Source of the DNA: Massalongia carnosa
Lineage: Eukaryota
NCBI GenBank assembly: GCA_965645245.1
Contig: OZ287086.1
Location: 992,001-1,056,000 of the forward strand
Reading direction: 5' to 3'
DNA: 64,000 nt
Shown piece after piece: positions 13,383 through 25,500 of this stretch; positions within the stretch are counted from its first letter, which is position 1; each line of letters starts with the position of its first letter. A model generated the notes under the pieces. That model was not told the DNA's origin and ran no database searches. It saw only the letters and a program-made list of their open reading frames with translations. Made by a program: the position numbers and the translations under genes.

Positions 13383-14721
13383 CAGTCTCGTGTCAAAAGT
13401 TTCCGACTCTACCCGCGATTTTCGTGATTTCGCGTTTTAACCTACCAACCCATCAACTTTGACCTCATCATTTCACCATGCCACGCACTCCATTGACTTC
13501 AATTTCTGGTAATAAGCCTCGTAATAACGAATTGAATCAATGTCAAAGAGGTATGATTATTGGAGCCCAGGCATTGGGGCATGCACCGGCCGAAATTGCA
13601 AAGACATTAAATGTGCCTCGAACCACATTCATTTACACTCTTCAAAAGCACCCAGAACGCAACAACGAAAAGTCCAAATCGCGATCGGGTCGGCCTGGAA
13701 TATTTTCGAACCGCGATCGAAGACGTATCATCAAACTTGCGCGAATCAATCCACGCATCACCTACGCGCAGCTGCGTACGGAGGTTGAGGTGCAATGTAA
13801 TCGATCCACTCTCTATCGGACGCTCAAAGACTATGGTCTAACAAACTGGCTGGCTAAAAAGCGACCTTTATTGACGCCCGAGGTGGCAAAGAAGAGACTA
13901 GACTGGTGCTTGCTTCGGCGTGAGTGGAATTTTGAGCAGTGGTCACAAATAATATGGTCAGACGAGTGCTCGGTGGAAAAGGGGTCGGGAAAACAGCGTC
14001 AATGGGTGTTCAGGTTTCCGGACGAAAAATGGAAAAAACCTATGATACAACCGTACGGCAAAGGATAAGAGGTTAAGGTCATGGTATGGGGGGCTTTTTG
14101 GGGGGGGGGGGAGGTCGGATCTTTACAAATTGGCCCGCGATTTCGAGGCAAAGAAGATGGGGTACTCCGCGAATTCATATTTGGACTTATTGAACGATAA
14201 TCTGCTTGGAATTTGGGAACCAGGTCTCATTTTCATGCAGGATAATGCCCCCATTCACACTGCCAAAAAGGTGAAGAAATGGTTCGATGAAAACGGTATA
14301 ACAGTCATCGATTGGCCCCCTTATTCTCCTGATTTGAATCCCATCGAGCACGTTTGGTACGTGCTCAAAAAGCTCGTCTACCAGGTCAATCCGGACATCG
14401 ACTCGGTGACTGGTGGTGATGATAGGGTCCGCGAGGTACTTTGGAAAGCTTTGGAAGAAGCATGGGCCTTGATAGATGAGGAAATGCTGAAGAGTTTAGT
14501 AGGCAGCATGGAAAGGAGGATTGAAGCTTGCATCCAGTCAAAAGGATGGTATACGAAATATTACAAATATATTTCTCAGCCCAATGTGCTTGCTATAATG
14601 TATGTAATCATCGTACGAAGTTTCAAGACATCAAAATAACAACTTGATAGTTGATAATTCAAAGCAGTGGGGGGGTAAAAAGTTGATGGTGGGGCTGTCG
14701 GAAACTTTTGACCTAGTACTG
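13383..14721 (+). mobile_element. Tc1-like DNA transposon (DD34E), full length
   Basis: Imperfect 25-bp TIRs (CAGTCTCGTGTCAAAAGTTTCCGAC / GTCGGAAACTTTTGACCTAGTACTG) with a TA TSD on both sides. Confidence 0.92.
13478..14639 (+). pseudogene. Tc1 DD34E transposase, disrupted
   Basis: HTH region with SGRP, then WSDE and QDNAPIH...WPPYSPDLNPIE. Stop at 14066-14068 and a frameshift in a long G run near 14100. Confidence 0.88.
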
Positions 14722-16061
14722 TAGCTAGGGCCAGCTGCCTGACAGTACAGAGTAACATGATCGTCAACACTCTACCACATGAAGAGGTTCTAGTGCCTTG
14801 CCCGTGACACATGCGACGTACGCACGCATGCATGCAAACTCGAGAGCTACGACATGTGCAGATACGGCTTCGAGCCCGCCGAGTCAATCGGAGTTCGCGG
14901 GGCTGTCCAAGACACTGTATACGTGTTTCTTATTCTACAGACGGCGCTAAAATATACAGAGCCTGCGTCAGTTCGAGGGCAATGACCGTCTTGCACTGTG
15001 TGCATACGCTGCTGCATGATATTTGCGACAATCAACATTTTCGGGATTTATCTCCCTATGTTGTGCGTTGTCATTGTCTGCAGGCAGGAGAGAGGATGGA
15101 CCGGCGGGATTGCCGGCGGGATTGCCATTGCGATAGTTCAAATTCGTCAATAGCCTTTCGGAACCCCGCGGTGCTCACTTGTTGCATCAATTTTATCGAA
15201 GTCGACAATTGAAACATATCGTTTGTGACCACTCCGGCGGCAAGAATACACTTCCAATGCGAGGTGCATCCCGATCTTGATCTTTCCGCCTCTCCAATCC
15301 CTTGAGCTGCATCGCTGGCTCGCGACAGTCTTGCATCCTCGAGACTAGAAGTGATGATGCTTCGTTCAGATTTGCTAGATCAAGTGAGGTGTGCGATGTC
15401 GTCTTCATCTGGAGGGTTCACGCCCACAGCAGTTGGATCGATGGCTCGTGCAAACATAACAACTTCGACGCGGAGAAAATCTAACAACGCCGTGGCGTCC
15501 TCAGCGAAAGCTGAATGGCCAACGTTCTAGATGAAAGGTAGCCGCCCGATATGACGACCTTATCTGTTGAGGTAATAATGGCTAAATGTGGCGCTTCTAT
15601 AGTAGCTGAGAAACGTAACTTTGAGGGGATCTAGAAAGGATGTTCGTAGGCGAAGTCCTCGGATGCTGCAGGCAAGTCTTCATTCTGCAGCTGAGGGGCA
15701 ATGCTATGCGAGCCAGTCTGACATCGACGAGTTCAACGGCCTTGATACCGCAGATTGTGTAGACCTCGGACTGCATGAGGCCCGCTAGCGAGATCAGGGT
15801 GGCTGGCTGAATGTTCAACCGTGAAGCCAACGTCGCATGCGCGCTCTGCGTGTTTTGCTTTGGCTTTTGCGACACGGACCAGCTCCCATCTCAACCTCGA
15901 TCGATGCGCCACGGGACGTCCGCCCATGGCCGTGCTTTCGGACGAGAGGATATAAAGACGAACTTATCCTGCTGTAGTGCTTCATATCCAGCTCCACAGG
16001 TCCGGCTTGGAAACCCTTATTTGACCCTTCACGCCAGGGTATCTAACGTGATCTGGACATC

Positions 16062-18386
16062 ATGGGTCGACTTAGTCTCCGTCTTGCGTGGTTTCTTCCA
16101 GTCCTTCCCTTCACCGTTGCCAGTACCGACCCTTTCGCCGACAAAAGGTGCACAGACGTCCGTGGTCCAGGCTGGGAAGCCCAGATCGACAATACCGGGA
16201 AGGCGGTCCAATGCGTCAAGATCAGCCGGCAAGACGATTGTTTCCCAGATTGGTTGAATCCGCATACCGGGAAATACGAATGTTGGTCAGTGATGAGGCA
16301 AGTATCAACATATTGTCTAGCCGCTAAGAGACCAATGCAGCCCACCAGGGACCAGTCTTGCCTCGGATGTTCCTTCGGCCATCACCGCGTGCTGTAACAG
16401 TGGTCAAGCGTTGAGTGTCGATGCTAGCTCTCGGACGGGAGCCTGCTGTGACCTAGGCTTGCATTGGAGTTTCGATTCTGTGTCGCAGAAGGGAGGCTGC
16501 TGTCCAGATCATTATGCCTTGGATGGGATTCAGTGTGTCCTCCGCATAGATGGGCCTTCCAATCCTCAACCTTCAGCAACGTCGCCGAGCGTTCCACCGC
16601 CGCCGGCATCATCCAAATCCACACCCGCCCCACCAGCTTCGAGCGTTCCGCCGCCACCCGCACCTCCGAGCCCTTCGCATTCACCACCTCCCTCGAGCAT
16701 ATCGCTATCGCCAGCTCAGCATTCAAGTGCTCCATCGAGCGTGCTGCCTTCTCCTCCCATCAGTGCTCCCGCTGCACCTGCTCCAGCGTCTAGCGTCTCT
16801 GAGTCGAGCGCACAGCGCATCTCTCAACAAAGCACACCCTTAAGCTCCCGTGCCTCTCAGAATGTGCCTATACCCTCAAGTCCAGCAGCTCACGATGCAG
16901 CTTCATCCTCAGCGAGCGGGATCCAGGCCTCTGTCTCTACGCTTGGGGCATCTCTTTGCTCCATGCTCTGTCCTTCGCAGCCGACGATATCCCCATCAGC
17001 ATCATCGCCGGCTCCAGGGTTAGGAGGCTTGCCAAGTAACCAGGCCCCTCTTGGACCAAAACCCGACGGCAGCTGTCAAGCGCAAATATCTCAACCCAAT
17101 TGGTTCAATGGCACGTGCCGGGGATTGCAAGAGCGAACATGGAACTGTCATGAATGGGGCACAGGTGTTCCCGTCGTGGAAGTGGGCACGAAGGTAACGC
17201 TGCCCGTGATAGGGCATGAGTTTCCGGGATTTCGTCCTGCGGATGTCACCGGTAAGTGAACCATCACGGAGCTCAACAACAAAATCATCTTACGCCTCAT
17301 CAGTTTTCCGGTTTCCCGTGGATACGTGGATCACCATCACCAACTACCATGTTCGGTCACTACAAGGACGAGCTAGAGTCTGGGCGGATAAACAAGTCAT
17401 CGGCACTATGAGCAGTCTACCATCCGACGGCTCGAGTTACTGCTTTTCTGGAGGATCATTCGACTCGTGTTTGATTGCAGAAAGCACTCACAGGTGAGAC
17501 TTCTAGTTCCCCTCGTTATTTCAACGAAAGAGGCGACCCGAAAGGAATCTCCTTCTCCCGCTCTTATTCTCTCCACTGTTTCCCATCAGAAACGTCAGCG
17601 ATCGCATAGAGGCTGATACTGTCCGAACAGTCGTGGCGTCTTCTTGATTCCTGCAGGTCAATGCCCCCACACCCTGTGCAATACTCGTCTAACAGAACCA
17701 CAGGTACCCACAATGTCAGCCTCGAATGGATCGAAGGCTCCCAAATGTTCTACTACGCCATTCGGTACGACGCAGTCTGCAGCACTCTCACACCCTGTCA
17801 AGGTGAAGAATTAGTCCCCTTCACAGACTTCACCACCACGCCCACAGATCCCGTATTCGCGGTGTCGACTTTGTATACCGTGCCAAAATTCGACTACGAG
17901 GATGATGTATTGTTGACTCTCGTCGACAATGGGTACGCAGCTAGCCAATGGACGCTGTACATCGATGGCGAGACGGCGGGATCATTGAATCGACCGGTCT
18001 ATCTCACGGAGGATCATTTCATGAATGATGCGGTGCTATCGAACATTGATCCTGGACATTGCTTTGCTTGGGGAGCGTATTGGTAAGCACATCAGACGAG
18101 CATCCTGATGTAAATTTGAGCTCACCCTACGGTTTAGGCGCGTTTATCTCATCCCCAAAGGTATGGACTACTTTCAGTCACGATGGAGGTATGTTGCTAA
18201 AAATACAACAGGCAAGCACACCGTCTCCATGCGTGTCACGGGTGGTATGCGTGCCACGAATGCTGGTATGTCTATCCTTCTGTCAATGAGTCAGAAAAGC
18301 GCTGACAGGTCTTCTCAGGGATTCCGTGGGCCATCTACGATGCTGCATACAAGATCAACAAACCCTGCTGTGTCAATACGAGTTGA
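16062..18386 (+). CDS. Secreted protein: signal peptide, Cys-Cys repeat N-domain, Pro/Ser-rich linker and two duplicated C-terminal domains; about 8 exons
   Basis: Hydrophobic N-terminus MGRLSLRLAWFLPVLPFTVAS. GT-AG introns (e.g. 16286-16340, ~17252-17302, and those flanking micro-exons 17631-17656 and 18138-18160) give a continuous frame ending ...KPCCVNTS*. Confidence 0.7.
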
Positions 18387-18632
18387 AGATTTATCAGTCG
18401 ACAAGACAATTTAACAACAGTTGATCCCGATTGAAAACGCGTTGAAGGGAAAATGAAAAGTTCAGATTAACCTGGTTTTATTTTCATTTGTGGTTTTCTT
18501 TTGAAAATTAATATTTTTAAATTGAAATCTATTGAATATTCAACTCCTAACAAAATATACTGTCCTTAGTTAAATTAACATTTATCAGTTCAATAAAGAT
18601 AACGTAACGTTTATGTTGAAATATGTATATGA

Positions 18633-19852
18633 TTACGGCACTGACAAAAATTCTACCTCCACATGAGGCGCCACCTTTCCAAAAGCCCGCCAGATATACA
18701 CCGCCGTAGTTCGCCCGGCCATAACGTATGGTTCTACTATATGGCACATGCCAAAGGATATAAAAAAATCGAACGGCATCTCAAACAAGCTAGCCGTCAT
18801 ACAGAATAAATGCTTACGAACTATAGCTGGAGCATTTAAGGCGACCCCAATAGCGGTATTGGAAGCAGAAACGTACATAGCTCCTATTGCCATACATCTA
18901 GATCAACTTCAGACTCAGGCTAGACATCGCTTGTGTCAGGGAGGTCAAAAGAAATTCATCATCAATGCATGCAACTCTATTGCAAACAAACTCAGAGGCC
19001 GGGCTGGACGCAAGCGAGCTCCTGCGAGTATGCTGAAACACGCATGGGCCAAGAAAATAATATCGGACACACATAAAATCGCGTCGCCGGTAGCGCACCC
19101 ACCATGGGCCGAACCCCCCCCGAATTCAGCTCGAGAAATTGAAGAGGCGCGGGCGGCTCAAGGTAAAATAACCGCAAAAATTAAAAAACGATATATAGAC
19201 GCATGGCAGACCTCATGGAAAACATATCAGAATCGCACATCTACGCCTACTCCAGCACAGGCAGCCCCACTAACCAAAAAACGCATCAAATTACACTCTA
19301 GCCAAAGCAGAAAGCGCTCTAACTATCCAGATACGCTCAGAAAAGATAGGCCTAGCCGACTTCCTATTGAGACGTCGCGTTCCCGAAGTCTTGCCACCGA
19401 AGTGTCCATGTGGCTGGCCAAAACAAACCGCGAAACATGTAATCATTCATGTTTTGCAAACTCAACAGTAACAGACATTCAAGGTTACGCTCCATAGGAA
19501 CAAATAATTATCGACTCATTACTGACTCATCTAGAGCGATGAAACTAGTCACCGCTTGGTTAATGAAGACCGGCTTACTAACCCAGTTCTCACTGGCAGC
19601 ACAGCATTTATATCATTGACAATTGGCGATTAAATACGTCGATTCTTTTCTTTAACTTGTCATCGGTCAACTGTTCTTTAGGAAGATCTCTCGACGGAGA
19701 CTCGGAGAGTATTCGTAGAAGTATCGGATTACTTGGTTCTTCTTCCTCAAAAGGTTTTCCATGTATTATATAATCCCGTAGACTTGCCCGCATAGGACGG
19801 CCTTCGGCCGGTACCACATGGGAATAAGAATTATCATCATCATCATCATCAT
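18633..19852 (+). mobile_element. 3' fragment of a second Tad-like LINE family
   Basis: IQNKCLRTIAGAFKATPIAVLEAE is homologous to the ORF2 C-terminus of the first LINE; (ATC)n tail at 19833-19852. Confidence 0.85.
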
Positions 19853-19962
19853 AATCCTGATGTGTAAAATGAAAAGTTTTTATAAACCAGTACGCTGTGC
19901 AACGGGTCGGATTTCTCTACGCCGCGCAACGGGTTAGGTTTTCGCCACAAATTTTGTTTCGA

Positions 19963-20339
19963 TGTAAGACGTATGCTTCTACTCAGAGGGCGTGTTGGTC
20001 ACGTGAAGGGGGTGTCTCAATAATGTATGTTATTGATCTATGCCCTTAGAATAAGGTGGGCATCGACCTCCTTATCCTACAGACGTGTCTCCCCCTAAGA
20101 CTCCCTTATCGGATAGCCCCCAGCTATCTGATTGGTCCAAATGGCTCCCGGCCCCTTTGGGCGGTTAGTGCCATCCGACATGGGTTTCCAGCCGTCCCCC
20201 TCGCCAGCCGTCCCCCTGAGACGGCATGTGGCCGACAGCGGAATCAGCCCATTAGGGTCGGGCCCGGTTCGGCGGCCGAGTCCATGCTCATGCCCCTTTT
20301 CCGTATCCTTCTCCGTAGTCTCTATGGCAGGTCCTGACA
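19963..20339 (-). repeat. Gypsy 3' LTR
   Basis: Direct repeat of 31290-31666. Confidence 0.95.
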
Positions 20340-20544
20340 TTATCCTCCCCCTAGGGCTCATGTCGCAGGAGGCTTCGACTCACGTGATATCTTCTTTTCG
20401 TTGTTGGTGATATTCTTTGTTGTCGGATGCCCTCGTAATGCCAGTAATTCGAGCATAAATAGCCACTTGGCCTGTCTATCTCCCCTCAGTAGTCCCCAAT
20501 CCATGACTTACTTTTCATCATTTCAACCCTCCAATTTCCCAATT

Positions 20545-21104
20545 ATGTCTGATGTACCACCCCCCGCCGCCAGTCGCCGTCGGTCACCCCGAGCGTACGA
20601 TGTCCATTTGCCCGAATTTCCTCCCCCTGCTGCAGCGGTGCGGGTGCCTCCCAAATGGGTCGGCCCCACCTCGGAGGCTTCTCTCTGCCATCGGTGTTCC
20701 CAACACAATCCCGAACTTAATTTCAACTGCACCACCGATAACCAGCCTCGGGGAAGTGCGCTGATTGCATTCGTCGAAAGGAGGTTTGTCGCCCGATCCC
20801 AGTTCCTTTTCGGCGGACGGTCCTTCGGTTGTTGTAAGAGGCAACCGCCATCAACAACCTGCCGACCCCAAATCGGGCCCGGTTCGCTGCTCTCGCTGCC
20901 AAGCATGAGCGATATGTCGCCCGTGTGGCCATTTGGGAGCGCGCCCGTGCCAAGGCCTTGAAAACCGACAGCGTGGAGGGACTAGATGCCCTTGCGCAGA
21001 TCCGACGGCAGGCCTTTGAGACCGACGCCCTACTTCGGTGGGAAAAGGGGCTTCCCGTGACCGTCCCGGAGGGTGAGAATCAGGTGTCGGATCATGAGGG
21101 GTAG
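20545..21104 (+). pseudogene. Antisense accessory ORF of the Gypsy element with a Zn2Cys6-like six-Cys cluster (~186 aa if repaired)
   Basis: Adding one G to the G4 run at 20750-20753 gives CHRC-x10-C-x9-CADC-x6-C. One in-frame TAA at 20835-20837; ends at TAG 21104. Confidence 0.6.
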
Positions 21105-21204
21105 CTAGCTTTCTTTTTAGCAATAATCAAAGCTGTTTACTTAACTGTGTCTTAGGTCGATAAGATAAGATTATATTTTTCGCATGCCCGGTATGGGAAA
21201 AGAT

Positions 21205-22577
21205 CTATTTGCTTATCTTTCTTCTCTTTTCCCCGCTTTTCGACGGGTTCGATGGGTATGTCCGATGATAAATCCTAATTAGGTCTTGTGACCCTTCCAT
21301 GTCTTCCAATGACAGCCATTGATTGTCCGAATCCGGATATCCTTTCCATTTGACCAGATATTGCAGTTTCCCGTATCGGATTCCACTGCTCAGTACCTCC
21401 TCCACCTCGTATTGCTCCTCGCCGTCGACCTCGATGGCCGGGGGGAGCTCAGGACCTCTTGCTGAGTCTTCATTGTATGGTTCTAGAAGGTTGACGTGAA
21501 AGACGTCGTGGACGCCTTTTAGTAGCGGCGGTAGTTTCAGACGATACGTTTGCTTTCCTATAACCTTGGTTATCTCATAAGGACCGTAGTATTTATAGTC
21601 CAGTTTCTTTGAAGGCCTAGTAGATGAGATGTTTTTAGCATTAAGTAGTACCTTGTCCTTGACCCGATAGGTCATCGGGGTGTGCTTCTGATTGTAGTAC
21701 TTAGCTTGATCTGATGATGCTTTTTGCAGCAGAGTTTCGAGACGACGTCTCTTTTCGAGCGTTTCTATCGCCCTGTCTTTCGCTGCTGGCGTTTCCTTTT
21801 CGGTTTCCGTTATTTCCTCCTCCCACCTCGGTGCCTCTCCGAAAAGGGCCTCGAATGGGGACATTTTCAGTACGCTATGCCGACTGTTGTTGTAGGCGTA
21901 TTCTGCCATCGGTAGCCAGTACACCCAGTCGTCTTGTTGATAATTGACGTAGCAACGAAGGTACTGTTCCAACGTCTGGTTTTGACGTTCCGTTTGCCCG
22001 TCGGTCTGGGGGTGAAAGGCCGTACTGTAATTGAGCCGTACCCTCAGATGATAGCAGAAGTTGGACCAGAAATTCGAGGTGAACAGGCTTCCCCTGTCGG
22101 TCACCAGCGAGACCGGCATTCCAAAGCGGGTGAAGACTTCTTCTACCAGGGCGTCGGCAAGGTTCTCCGCCGTCCAGTCTTTCCTGGCCGCGATGTATCG
22201 GGCGTACTTTGTATACCTGTCAACAATTACTAGTATTGCATCAAAATAAGGGTGCGGCGGATGCTCGGGGGCAAATCCGTAATGAAATCTAGTGTCCAAT
22301 TCTGTCTTGGACCCAGAGGTACTGACAAGGATTCTAATTCGCCGAATGGTCTATGCCTGACTGCCTTGACTTGATGACAGCGAGTACAGGTATCAACGTA
22401 GTGCTTGACATCAGGGACCATTCGGGGCCAGTAGTATTTTCGTTGGAGAAGTTCTGTCGTTCTGAGGGTACCGAAATGCCCTGCGTTTGGATCATCATGA
22501 TTCCTTTTTAGCAGTTCGTTTTCTCAGCAATCCAGGCAGTATATACCACCTGTTATTTCGACAGAGGATGTCATCTT
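21205..22577 (-). pseudogene. pol: Gypsy integrase and chromodomain (3' part of pol)
   Basis: GHFG...CTRC zinc motif, TDRG, HPQTDGQTER, GPY module and YEVEEVL...YLVKWKGY chromodomain, with frameshifts. Confidence 0.92.
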
Positions 22578-25500
22578 TGGAGAAGTATGAGGTTATATAT
22601 TTTTGTTATATTGATGATTCTATAACTCTACTTCTAAGGTCTAAAATCATCCAAGTCCAGGATGCGTGCCGCATACCGGAATAGGTCTACTGTTACACGT
22701 GACCATAATAATGTCTAGCGCCATAGGTTGGTATCCAACACCCCCCCACAAGCTATGCGCTAGTTACGTAAGAATCGCCCACGATAACGAATCGATTTTT
22801 ATCTCGGTTTTTTTGGAAGAATCAGCAGCTGTTGGTTGCATCGGTTCATTGGTAGGTTGTGGCTCCAGGTAGTGTGGCTGTGCTGATTTGGCTCTAGGTC
22901 ATCTGCATCTGTTCGACAAAGGTGTGGAACTTTGCGTGCGTTAGGGCCTTCGTCAGGCCGTCGGCGATCATCTCCCCAGTTGGCACGTAGGTCAACTCGA
23001 TTCTCTTTGCCTCCACCTCGTCTCGGATGTAATGGTGCTGGATATCGATGTGTTTGGTCCTGGCATGGAATACTGGGTTGTGTGCCAGAGCAAGAGATCC
23101 TTGGTTGTCACCTTTGAGTGAAACAGTGGGGTCTCCGTCGCTGGGCTTGAGGCTGTTGAGGTCTCTGTTGATCGCTTGTACGCACGAGTTCTTGTTGGAG
23201 ACCTTGATCTCAGCATGCTGTTGGTCCGCTTCCAACACCCCAAGCTCTGTGAGGAGTAGACGAAGCCAGGTGGCTTCTTTGGCGGCCAGCGTGAGTGCGA
23301 TGTATTCCGCTTCTGTGGAAGAGAGAGCAACTGTTAATTGCCTTTTAGAGCACCAGCTTATCGGTCCCCCGTTCAGCATAAAGATGAAACCGGATGTTGA
23401 CTTCCGGCTGTCCTTGTCACCTGCCCAATCCGAGTCCGAATAGCCTTCGATTTTCAGTTCTTCATCCCCCCCATAGGTTATGCCTCGATGTTTCGAGCCC
23501 TTGAGGTATTTGAGGATGGTTTTGACTGCTTCGGTGTGCTGATGGCTCGGGTTCTTGGCAAAGCGACTTACGAGGGACGTGGCGAAGGCAATATCTGGTC
23601 TGGTCTCTACCATGGAGAACATTATGGACCCCGTCATTCCTTGGTATCTCTCCTTCTCTGATGGTGAGGCTTCTCCTTCCTCGCGTTGGGAGAGTGGCAC
23701 AGATTCTTTCATCGGGGTGTTGACGGGGTTGGCTTTGTCGAGATGGAATCTCTCCAACACTTTTTCGATGTAGGCCGGTTGAGACAGTTTGATGGTTCAT
23801 TCCTTTCGATCCCGATCTATTCTCAGTCCTAGGTAAAAGCTGATGGGACCCATATCTGACATAGAGAATGCAGCTGTGAGTTCTGCTTTGACTCGCTTGA
23901 TTATCCCACTGTCCTTTGGCGCCATAATCTTGATGTCATCTACGAAGACGCTGAGTACGGGACCTTTCAGCCCTGCACCCGATACGAATATACTGTGGTC
24001 TGCGTGGATGCGTTTCAAGCCTAGTTTCTCGAGGAGGAAGGCTGAAAAGCGTTCGTACCAGAGGCGGGGAGATTGTTTGAGGCCGTAGATAGCTTTCAAC
24101 AGTTTGCAAACCATATTCTTTGTGGCTTCTGTCTCAGTTCCCTTTGGAATCTCCATATATATCAGTTAATCAATGAGACCATAGAGAAAAGCCGTTTTTA
24201 CGTCCATCTAATCGATGTCCAGGTCGAAGAAGGCGGCAAGGGCGAACAGGGTTCTGAAGGCCATTGGCTTCACCACGGATGCGTAGGTTTGATCGAAATC
24301 AACACCAAAATGTTGTAGGTACCCTTTGATAACCCATCTGGCTTTGAATCTAGATACCTTGCCTTCGACATCACGCTTGACCTTGTACACCCACTTCCCC
24401 CCCAGAGGTCGATGACCTGACTCCATCTCGTTCTTTGGTATGAGAACCCAGGTCTTGTTTTCGTGTAGAGAGTCTATTTCTTCTTTCATTGCCTGTGCCC
24501 ACTGCGAGGCGTGGGGGCATTGCATTGCCCTGTTGTATGACTCAGGTTCTTCGACATCTAATTGGGTGGCAAGGACGTAGTCTCCTTTACTTTGGGCGTT
24601 GGTCTGAATAAGCCTCGAAGTCAAGATTGTGTATGGGTCGTCGTCTGCATCATGGCCGTCCTCCTCGCATTCGATGTTTGTCAGGAACGCGTTTGCTTTT
24701 TCCTCCGAGTTGTGTTCCCAGTCAAGGCCTAGCAGCTTGCTGAGATGTACTAGCAGATCTTGATCTTGAGCCTTTTGTGTAGGCCTTATCGTTCGGCCAG
24801 ACCGAGACTTCCTTGTCTCCGTAGTTTCATTTGACGCTCCAGTAGTTTCATCTCTAGTAGTGACCTTTCGGCCCTTCCTAGGGGTTACTTTGCTGGGAGT
24901 TGACTCGCTGGCACCTGTTGCATTGTTGACCTTTCGGCCTACATCCAACATCTGTGTGTCGCTCGTCGCCTCGTCATCGTCATCGGAGAGTAAGAAACCT
25001 GAGAAGGTGGGAGTGTTTTTGTATTCAGGAAGCTCGGTGGACGTCTTGGCCTCGTAGTCTTCAAAGATTCTGAGATCTTTGATGCGAATGACTTTGTTCT
25101 GTTCTCGGATGTGGACTCTGTAGATTGTATGACCATCGTATCCAACAAGAATACCGCGTAAGGCTCGTGGGTTCCACTTCTCAGACTTTAAGGCTCGTTC
25201 CTCTTCGTGTAGGAGAACGTACACTGTCGAGCCTAACACTCGGAGGTGTTGGATATCTGGGTGGATTTTCTGCTGTGCATGGTAGGGGTTGCCTCCACCT
25301 AAAGCCTTCGTGGGGCGAACGTTTTTGACGTACGTCATCGCAAGAACAATTTCAGGCCACAGCTCGTCATCAAGGCTTCCCTCTAGGATTGTCGCTCTTG
25401 TCATATCCATGATGGTTCTTCCCATTCGTTCTGACACGCCGTTTTGTTCCTGAGAGTACGGTGCTGAGGGTTCAAAAGTGATGCCCTTCTTCGCAAACCA

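Noticed and set aside
14760..15700. Possible minus-strand gene(s) upstream of the secreted protein
   Set aside because: There are coding-like patches but no consistent spliced frame or recognisable motif.
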